Below the pieces are notes generated by a model. It worked only from the letters and a program-made list of their open reading frames with translations, was not told where the DNA came from and searched no databases. A DNA stretch of 63,744 bases, filler included, from Bigelowiella natans CCMP2755 (lineage: Eukaryota; Protista; Cercozoa): NCBI GenBank assembly GCA_000320545.1. It is 6 parts of 6 records of this genome, joined end to end, with 100 filler letters (N's around TTAATTAATTAA, not from the genome) between each part and the next. Parts side by side here need not be neighbours in the genome. Positions count along the whole stretch, not along the records: positions 28,882 to 57,594 come from ADNK01002673.1; positions 57,695 to 59,314 come from ADNK01002216.1; positions 59,415 to 61,995 come from ADNK01002911.1; positions 62,096 to 63,744 come from ADNK01003653.1; 2 more parts are not named here. One strand, 5' to 3'. The number at the start of each line of letters is the position of its first letter. Position 1 is the stretch's first letter. A program made the translations under genes and the position numbers. Shown one piece after another: positions 53,761 through 63,744 of this stretch.

Positions 53761-54102
53761 TCTAATTGCAACTAGATCGTAGAAACACGTTGCAATTGCT
53801 ACAACTAGGCCTGCAAATTGTGTAGCCGTCAATTAGTCCGTTGGAGTGAACAATGAGCACAGAACAGAACGTTGATCCAGGTGCAACAAAAACCATACGA
53901 GAAAGGACGGACGACATCCACACCAAAATGCGATGGGATGCGAAGCTACGTCACAATGTGCGGCATGTCGTAGAGCAACTCTGACATGACGTGTCAATTT
54001 CGCAAAGAACACAGGGCTTTTTCGTCGAATTTCGTGTGTGTTTTGTGAAGATTTTTAAGTTTTTGGCCGATTACTTCATAAAGTTGGTGGTGTCGGAAGA
54101 GC

Positions 54103-57100
54103 AATGGAGGCTGGGGCTCAGGTGTCTCGTGTTTTGTTTCCCCGTTTTCTATGAACCGGTGAAGGCGGGAATCGGGCTGTGAATGGTGTATATATATGCG
54201 CTGTACATGCGCGTTAGTATTGGTGAGGGATGCTTGTGGCTTTGATTGTTGGCATTCGAGTCACGACGGTGCTTTCCTTCATCACCGTCCTTGCAAGCTA
54301 GATACGAACCATGTCGTCAGTACTACCAGCTCAGCCAAGCTTTTTCTCCTTTTCATATGGATTCAGATTCTAGGGAAGGGCCATCTCCGCAGCTCGAGCA
54401 CGGATGAGAGCCGGATGGAGCCTCGCTCTATCTCAGACGGCAACTACTACCGCGATTCAACTGGCAACAGGTGATCAGGCGTGTTTCGACGGATAGAACC
54501 GATGCCGAAATGCGATATTGAAAACAGCTTTCCATATTAAAAGTACAAAGCTTTTATTGTGCGCGTCGGTGCCATGCCCTGTTCGAAAATTCTGTATGAT
54601 AAAACATACCACTTATGGCTTTACCCTGGCCCCGTTTGCATGTTTCTGTCCTCAGAACTCGCCTTCAATCCATTGAGCTACTTCAGAAAGAGAGCAAAAG
54701 ACCCTCTCTGGAACTTAGGGGAAATGAGCTGAGAGAGCATATACTAAAAGAAAAAGTCTGCTGATAGTATCTAAAACACTACACATAAAAAGACAGCAAA
54801 CAAATTCATCATACAAAACCCAAATCATCCCCTGGCACGTGATAAAAATACTTTGAAACGAAAAGCGGGGAAACCCTCACCGATATGGAATTTTCATGTT
54901 GCGCCTAGAAAATGCAGAGACTCATCAGTAGTCTCAGCAATCGAGATTCTGCGAGTTCCCCTTCCCCTTGACATCATTTTTCACTGATGCCCAGAATTCA
55001 ACGAGGGGCCGAAAGCAGCATTCAGACAGCGCGACATCTAAAGTGGGGCTGCAACTGGAAATAATTCAATACGCCTCTCGACCGAGCACCCGAAAACTCA
55101 AATCTTTAGGGGTAAGTAAATTACCTTTATGGTTTATCTGTTTCTTTCTCGCTTTCCTAGGCAGCAGGCTGGTCTCACGCATTTGAACATCTGATGCCGT
55201 CTGGCCAAACTTAGCAAAGCGAGAAAAAATACACACAGCAAATGACCTTTTCTATACTAATTGTTGGAACGGGCGCATTGGTATGCTTCTTTGCACTCAG
55301 AGCCAGAAGAGTATTGTGTGGGGACATAGCAAATCTACCACCGGCATGTACCACGAAGGATCCCCCCGCAAGGGCCACGGCGTGGGTGGTGACAAGCACC
55401 ACGGTCATGACCACGGCCATCACCACGGTTTCATGCCGCCGATGGTGGCCTCGATCTTGTCCGGGCTCATTCTGGGCATGTTCATGTACGTGACTTGCAA
55501 CGTCTTCGGGATCCTGATGTTTGAGGTGGATGAGCGCCTCTACGAATTCGACATGTACGGCACCTATATGGCCCTTGCGGGGTTTATCATAGGGGGGTTC
55601 ATCACAACATCGTTCAGCAAGTGCCAGATCATCATCTCCGGCCCTGACATCAACCCCATCCTATTCCTCATCGAAGCCGCCCTGATCATCACAGACGCTC
55701 TGCCCAATGCGGGCACGGATGAGCTGCTGGCTACGGTTGTTTTCACGGTCATATTCGCTACCTTCACAGTCGCGGTGCTTTTCTACCTCATAGGCCGCTT
55801 TAAGATGACGAACTTCGTGCAGTTCATGCCCGCAGCCGTGCTGAATGGCTTCCTAGCATCGGTCGGGGTGCTGATCATCAAGGAGGCCATGGTAGTCGCG
55901 ACGGGGTATCATTGGAAAGCCAAGTATCTCGAGGACATGTGGACGACGTGGTACTCTTGGAAGCTGATATTGCCGATGCTCCCCGTGGGAATCCCCTTGT
56001 ACTTCCTCAAGCGCTATCACGTCATCCACCCGTCGATCTTGATTCCCATCTTCCTCTTCATGCCGCTCATCATTTTCTACTCTGTCCTCGCAGCCACGGG
56101 CACCTCCATCGAAGAGGCGAGGCAGGCGGGGTGGTTCTTCCACGTGCTGGAACGAAAGCAGTTCTACGAGGACTGGGGCGCGATCTGGCTGTCGCTGGAC
56201 AAGATAGACTGGGCTGCCTTCGAGGCCGCGCAGCCGACCGTCTGGGTGATGCAAATCGTCGTGATCATGGACACGCTGGTGAAGCTGACGAGTATTGAGA
56301 AGCTGGCGGGGCTTAACCTCGACCTCGACGCCGAGGTGGAGCTCATGGGCATTGCCAACGCGGCCGCTTTCTTCGGGATTTCGGTGCCGACGTACGGCCT
56401 CACATCCTTCACGGCGCTCAACGAGGCCACGATCCACCGCATCAACGACCGTATCCCCGGCTACATTGCCGTGACCTTCTGCGCAATATTCTTCTTCATA
56501 GGCTTCCCGCTGATGAATTACCTGCCGCGGTTCTTGTGTGGGGGCCTCATCCTGTACAAGGGCATCGGCGTGATCATGGAGAACATCTTTGACGCGAGCA
56601 AGAGGCTCAGCCGCATGGAGATGGGGGCCGTTCTGGGGATCGTGACCATCGCCTACTTTCAAGGCCTCGTGCTGGCCGTCGTCGTGGGCATCATTCTCTC
56701 CTCATTCATCTTCGTGGTCCAGTACGCGCGTCGCTACGACATCAAAAACCGGTGGAATCTCCGCACCTACCACAGCTCGGTGGTGCGGCTGCTGCTGGAG
56801 CGGCAGAAGCTGGAGCAGTTTGGGGACCGCATGTTCGCCCTGCAGCTCCGCGGCTACTTGTTCTTCGGGTCCGCCATCAAGGTGCTGCGGCTCATCACCG
56901 ACGAGATCATGCGCTTGAACCAGCACTTCCAGATATCACACGTCGTGCTAGACTTCGAGGAGGTCACCGGTATGGATGGGGCAGCCGCCGGGATGTTCCT
57001 GAAAATCCAGCGCTACTGCCAGGACTGCGGCGTGGACGTCGTGTGGAGCTCCCTCTCCCCGAAGCTGTTTGGGAAGCTCAGGGAGGGGCAGGTTGTGCTG

Positions 57101-57291
57101 CAGCTTAACGATGCCTTCCCGACTTTCGATCACGCCGTGGAGCACGTGGAGGATGACATCCTCCGGAGCGCCCAGAAGATCCGGTCGCGCTGGTTCATTG
57201 TGCCCAGTATGATCAAGATGCACTGCCTCGCCTCGCACACCTGCCATGCCGGCCACTTCGACGAGCTGCTCTCCGAGACGCACATCGCAAA
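54103..57291 (+). CDS. SulP/SLC26-family anion transporter with STAS domain; main exon about 55311-57291, 5' exons tentative, 3' end probably lost at the gap
   Basis: Multi-TM ORF with IISGPD, QFMPAAVLNGFLASVG, LQLRGYLFFGSA, VVLDFEEVTGMD and FPTFDHAVEHVEDDIL. The frame ends at a probable GT donor. Confidence 0.88.
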
Positions 57292-57556
57292 GTAACCTGC
57301 CTCACGCCAAGCAACAATTATTTTTGGGGGGGAGGGGGTAGGGGCTGTATTAGAATTTTGTGGCTCGCCACCAGATTGTGGGAGATGTTAGTGCTGATTT
57401 TCTTAGCAGCGATGGTGGTGGTGGTGGTTGATATAGTAATGCTGTGTTGGCTGAAAATGCTTCATCGAGTGTCACGACACACAACGAAAATACGGCCAAC
57501 CGCTGCTTCGATCTCCACCATTGTGTAGTATCATTCCGAGGGTAACTAACCGCTCG

Positions 57557-57594
<38 letters not shown>

Positions 57595-57694
57595 NNNNNN
57601 NNNNNNNNNNNNNNNNNNNNNNNNNNNNNNNNNNNNNNTTAATTAATTAANNNNNNNNNNNNNNNNNNNNNNNNNNNNNNNNNNNNNNNNNNNN
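57595..57694. other. Assembly spacer
   Basis: N-run with TTAATTAATTAA. Confidence 0.97.
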
Positions 57695-58469
57695 TGCATG
57701 ATGGTGGCCCCAGGAGAATTATAACATTTGGGGGAAGGAAAACGTCGCGACCACCTCCGCTAGAGTAGGTGTATAATAATCCGTCCAATTATTTTCGCAG
57801 GAACCCTCTCGAGAATCTAGAGTGCAGGGCGGCTTAGGGGGACAAGGAACCTCCGCCCATCGTCGCTCCCCCCTGACTTTATGGTTTCCATATTCCTGAG
57901 TGCACCAGGGGAGTGGTCTGAAACAAGGCATTGCTCGGCTCCCGAAACAGTAGGGTTTACTTTAACATCCTTTGAGGAGCTTCTCGCGGGTATCATAATG
58001 TGTTAGTGGATGTGTGTGTGTGTGTGTGTATGCGAGCCCACGTGGTTCACCCACGAAAAGCTCCCACCATTTTAAAGGGCCCTTTTTCCTTGCCCTCCCA
58101 CAAGGTTTTATATTTATGTGGCTAAGGAGTGATGATGACACAAAAAACCACCAACCATAATTGTGCTGTTGTTAGATTGCTTCAACTTTCTTACTTGTTC
58201 ATGTCTCTCTAGGAGCACTGCCTCGAATACGAAACGAATTCAAGTCGATTTGTAATGCGCCCCCGCCCTCCCCTCCCCCCCCCCCCACACATCCAAACAC
58301 GTGTGTCCTCTTCGCAATAGATTTTGTACCAATGACATGTTATGCATGCAATGTCCGATTATCTCCAGGTGCCAGCAAGATCTACGTATTCAAACGATTT
58401 GCAGCACGTGAATTCAAACCACAGAGTTGCACACACACACACACATACACAACACACAGACAGACAGAC

Positions 58470-58522
<53 letters not shown>

Positions 58523-58839
58523 TTTTCTCAATACCACATTTACAATAACAAATTCACGCACGGACACCAAAAAAACAAACAAAGGAATGGTAGAGAGGAA
58601 ATTCTCCATCTTCATAATCCAGACAATAGCAGCTATAGGAAGAACAATCTCGAGGTGATCGTGAATTGAAGCAACACTAGGAATATATGCCAACTGCCTT
58701 TCACCTCGTCTCGCAGACTTTCTTGCTCAGAATGCGTTTGACATCGGGCTGGTGGTGATGAAACAATAGTAATATGTGAGCTGTTGTTGGGAATTCGCAG
58801 GGTAAACTGATATCTCATATCATACAATTTAAATGTATA

Positions 58840-58887
<48 letters not shown>

Positions 58888-59267
58888 ACACAATAATATG
58901 ATGATAATAATTCGATGTCCGTTGTTTTTTAAAAACATCTTGCATATTCCGCACGGCATTATTCGTGGATATGCGCTCTCTATAGAATGCTCAAAACTGT
59001 CAATCTTGGGAGACTGACTCATCGTTTAGATGTTCCATATTTCCCATGATTTCCCATTATCCCCCCCACTTCTCTTACTTCCATTAACACGAATAATAAC
59101 AACGAAGTACTAGAAACTCCAACCTACTGCGACTAGTGTGTACAATAGCAATAACAACGGTATGGTACATTGTGGTGGATAGCGACGAGATTCAGTGCAA
59201 AGAAACATTCTGGGGTTGTAGCATTGCTGCATTCGCAAGGTGCTGACGTACAAATAAATCAATAAAT

Positions 59268-59314
<47 letters not shown>

Positions 59315-59414
59315 NNNNNNNNNNNNNNNNNNNNNNNNNNNNNNNNNNNNNNNNNNNNTTAATTAATTAANNNNNNNNNNNNNNNNNNNNNNNNNNNNNN
59401 NNNNNNNNNNNNNN
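59315..59414. other. Assembly spacer
   Basis: N-run with TTAATTAATTAA. Confidence 0.97.
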
Positions 59415-59431
59415 ACGCACGCACACGCGCG

Positions 59432-59469
<38 letters not shown>

Positions 59470-59509
59470 ACGGCATGAAAGACCTATCTCCAATTATTGT
59501 ATAGATGCT

Positions 59510-59560
<51 letters not shown>

Positions 59561-60092
59561 TATCACAAAACCTGCGTTTGGCATATTCAAGGTGATTTTA
59601 CGAATCATAGCACACCTACATCAAGGAGAGGAACTCTTCCGATGAAAAAACCATTAACAACTGGGAGAAATACAGTAATGAGAAATCAATCACATATTCA
59701 CTAAGATTTTGACCGGCCGCTCTCATGCCCTCTTACTATTTTCACACATTTTGAAGGCACGTAGAATTCCCTTTATCAGCCTCTGATTTGCCGCATAAAC
59801 TTTCTCTTTAACACGACGATCATGGAACTATATTGTTCGTTATTATCAGCCATCAAGAAGTGCCTCATCTCGATCGGGGCTGGGCATCGTGCAAGAAGAC
59901 GAGTCATCCGTAGACGATGCAAACAACTACCCTCATCACTACAACGACAACAAACATAGAAACCATCATGTGTACGATGCGCCGGCTCGAAAGCCGAGTT
60001 CATCCTTGAGCAGGGAGACGGTAGTCCTCATCAACTCTGAGATGGAGGATGAAAGAGAGGAGGGGGAGAACACCGCGCAGGTTGTGATATAT

Positions 60093-60133
<41 letters not shown>

Positions 60134-60230
60134 CAATATAGTCTCTTCTCCTGTATTGGTTAATCTCATCAACCATTTATATGGAGGAGAGGAGTCTTGA
60201 CGAGTTATAGGTGTACTACAGCAAATGTTC

Positions 60231-60278
<48 letters not shown>

Positions 60279-60298
60279 CTATTCTCTCTCTCTCTGTG

Positions 60299-60372
<74 letters not shown>

Positions 60373-60476
60373 ATAACAATAACAGCAACAACATCGTAAT
60401 ATACATTAAACAGAGTAGTCATCGTCATCCTGACCTACCCGCAAGGAAAAATCGTCAATATGCATTCTCGGTATCT

Positions 60477-60529
<53 letters not shown>

Positions 60530-60733
60530 GGTGTGTGTAATGATATGCAAACAATAGATGTATTCTCCACATAAACGGTGGTATTAAATGCGATCAGCAC
60601 CACACAAACACACTCTCACTCTCACAGTAGATCCGTATGTGAATCATCGTTTTAGGTCAAGAAAGCATCATCTACAACAAGAACAGTACATATAGCACAA
60701 CCATAACACACAGACACACATACACAAATATAA

Positions 60734-60778
<45 letters not shown>

Positions 60779-61604
60779 GAGGCAGGACAAAGTCTAAAAA
60801 ATATAGTAGATTTTCTATTCGTTTGTGTCCTATAATAGATGCAATTCTCACAGTCTAAATGGCCTGAAATGACCTTATACATGCGTGTCTCGCAGTCTAA
60901 ATGGCTTGGAATAACAAGCCCCAAGGCTTCGAAATATGTTGGCAAGAGTCTGATTAATACTTCCAAGGAACATCACGGTAGTAGTAGTAGTAGTCCTCGA
61001 GCTACTTCAGAGAAACAATTAGCTGCGAAGTATCATCAGAGGCAATCTAGCAAAAGCAAAGAGCACCACAAAAATAGGTCAGCTAATCCTCATCAAATCA
61101 TATGAGCATGCGGCTATATCATCACCACCACCATCATCGTCATTCATCATCATCGTCATCATCATCATATTCATCATCATCATCATCATCATCATCATAA
61201 TCACAAGCATCATCATAAGCATCACCGTCACTATCACTATCATCACCATCATCACCATCCGCATCATCATGTTAAATCATCATTTTTCGCAACAACTCCA
61301 GGTCTTATTCGGGTATCATAATTGACCAAATAGACACCCACTCCTTACTATCATCGACGCCATTGTCACAATCTGCGTCATCGGCATCGCGAAGGATAGC
61401 AACAGCCTCGCATGAGAACAGGAGGGGGGGGAGGAAGAGGGGGGGCAGTGGATCTTATCCTCGGCTTGGAGGAAGAGCAGGTGCCTATTACAGCTATCAT
61501 CCCCCGCAATCTACTGTATATTTTATCTTAACCTAACATTGAAGACCTATACGTGTGCTAGTATATGTTAACGTATCTCTTTCTCTCCTCTCTCTCTCTT
61601 TCTC

Positions 61605-61658
<54 letters not shown>

Positions 61659-61930
61659 GCATGTGTGTTTGTGTGTTATCCGTAAGGCTCCTCTGGTATG
61701 CTCGTTCCCGCACCAAAAGCTTGTCGCAGCCCTAAGATGTCCTCTTCTTCCTCGTCGTCGAGGCTCTCGATTTCCAGTATCACTAAGAAGAAGAAAGGAG
61801 CTCCTAAGGAGATGAAGCAGAGAAACAACAGCAAAGACGACAAGGATGATGCCCTTTTAAATCCCAATGACCTGGTGACACGCACACGCACACACACGCA
61901 CACACACACACACACACACACGGACAATAT

Positions 61931-61976
<46 letters not shown>

Positions 61977-61995
61977 GAGAGTAGTTAACTTTAAC

Positions 61996-62095
61996 NNNNN
62001 NNNNNNNNNNNNNNNNNNNNNNNNNNNNNNNNNNNNNNNTTAATTAATTAANNNNNNNNNNNNNNNNNNNNNNNNNNNNNNNNNNNNNNNNNNNN
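61996..62095. other. Assembly spacer
   Basis: N-run with TTAATTAATTAA. Confidence 0.97.
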
Positions 62096-62102
62096 TATAT
62101 GA

Positions 62103-63744
62103 CATCGACAATTCGATGTAAAACGATTTGACGAAAAATTGAATAATATTACCGAACGCTTGCACCAGCGCATACTAAACGTTCAATCGGAGGCTGATGC
62201 AAAAAAGCTTGAACGCTGGTTCTGGGACTTTACCGGAAAAGCTTTTAATAGCTGCACACCAAAAAAACGACAACGTTGGAGTCCAATCAAGCCATACCAA
62301 AACGACAAAAAATATAAATCCATCAAAGATCAACAAGAAAAATTATTTAGATCCTTGAAACACGAAAGGAAATTTCGGAAGAGAAAATTATTAGAAACCA
62401 AGATCCAAGAAATCAACGCCGAACTTGAACGAACCACCGAAACCCTTCAGTACGAAGCATGGCAATTATTCTTGTCTCGCTTCGAAAAATACAACAATGG
62501 GAATCATACCAGAATGCTGTACAAATTATTCCAAAAATCCAGAGGGCGGGATAAATTCGGAGGACTCGATGGCGAAACCTCTGAAGAAAAAAAATGTGAA
62601 GTGTGTGTTGCCAAATGGAAACATATCTACAAACCACACCCGTCAGACAAGAAAAATCGAACCTTTCACGCTGAAACTGAGGCCTGGAGAAATACCTTCA
62701 GGAAAAATGAAGACAAAAAGATCCACAGTGTTAATTCATACAACAGAGATTTTTCTATGCATGAACTAAGAAACGTGATCAACAAAGCATCACCGTACAA
62801 GTCTCCTGGCGATGATGGTGTTCACCTAAACATGTTGAAAAAAAGCAAGAAACTCCATCAACTGTGGTTAGCTACATTCAACATGTCATATAGATGGGGT
62901 ACCCGAGATGGCTCACGTAAGGCGGCCATTTTTTGTCTCATCCCTAAGGCCAACAAAGAACTTAACACCCCTCTCAACGGGAGAACGATTTCTCTCCTAC
63001 AAATAGCTTCAAAAATAGAAGACAAACTAATAGAACAACGGCTCCGCGAAGCTATACCCCCCAAAAACATTAGCATACATCAGTATGCATTCATGAAAAA
63101 TCGATCCTGCGAAACTGCACTCACAAAGATGACGCAGTCAATCGAGGATGGAGTATATAACAAAAAGCTTGCAGCCATCCTGTTGTTTACAGATGCCTCT
63201 AAAGCTTATCCAAAAGCCTGGCATTCCGGCATGATACGCAAGTTACATGACAAATACGGAATACGAGGCTCGCTATTGCTGTGGATCGACGACTGGCTCA
63301 GAGATCGTACCGCCAGATTCAGATTTGGCAATACTCTCTCTGAGCACATGAACCTTGGGAGCGGCGTCCCCGAAGGATCATCTCTCAGCTGTTTCCTTTT
63401 CATAACCTATTACGACATTTACGAACATATTACCAACACAGATTTCCAAATATACTGTGACGACGTTACCCCCTACAAATTGTTTTCGCCAAACCGATGG
63501 GGGAAAATGCAAGATGATATCCAGGCCGACCTAAACCAAATGACGGACTGGTGCATGAAATGGCGGATGCGATTCAATGGGGACAAGAGCGGGTACCTTA
63601 TAATTGACAAAAGAAATAAAGCCCACCGACACCAAACCTCCTGGAACATCTCTCTCAATCTCCAAGGAAAAATAAAAAGAGTTGACAGCGGCAGATGTCT
63701 CGGACTAATCTTCGACAACAAATTAACCTTTGAAAAACATGCTC
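62103..63744 (+). mobile_element. Non-LTR retrotransposon (LINE) ORF2 reverse transcriptase, open to the window end (absent from the ORF track because it has no stop)
   Basis: Frame from 62103: FSMHELRNVI..KSPGDDG, LIPKANK, RTISLLQIASKI, HQYAFMKNRSC, FTDASKAY, WIDDWLRDRT, GVPEGSSLSCFLF, YCDD, CLGLIFDNKLTFEKH. Confidence 0.93.

Noticed and set aside
55853-56662. 269-aa minus-strand ORF
   Set aside because: Antisense shadow of the GC-rich SulP exon.
57695-61995. Gene calls in the two small microsatellite-rich contigs, possibly further SulP exons
   Set aside because: Only short exon-like blocks with no recognisable motif; strand and linkage cannot be supported.

Overview
Eukaryotic (protist-like), intron-rich nuclear DNA made of six contigs joined by artificial 100-bp N-spacers that carry a TTAATTAATTAA linker. 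Host genes rebuilt from GT-AG exons: the 5' part of a Piezo-family channel with an apparent internal ankyrin-repeat insert (-), PLPBP/YggS (+), an ENTH/epsin-like protein (+), a degenerate Hsp70 (-), an SH3/coiled-coil protein (-), a single-bromodomain BET protein (-), an EGF + GH43-like propeller + mucin-stalk membrane protein (+), a SulP/STAS transporter (+), and several hypothetical genes. Also present are the 5' end of 18S rRNA, an intact-looking Ty3/Gypsy gag-pol with LTR and PBS, and a LINE reverse transcriptase. The most striking signal is four islands (about 22.2-23.9, 35.6-37.9, 40.7-41.6 and 51.0-53.8 kb; three contain recognisable repeats) that have lost almost every TpA. TpA appears to have become TpG or CpA, and most survivors lie in CTAG. 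This looks like repeat-targeted A-to-G hypermutation (a 'reverse RIP'). All counts are by eye, family calls come from motif recognition, and exon boundaries are approximate.
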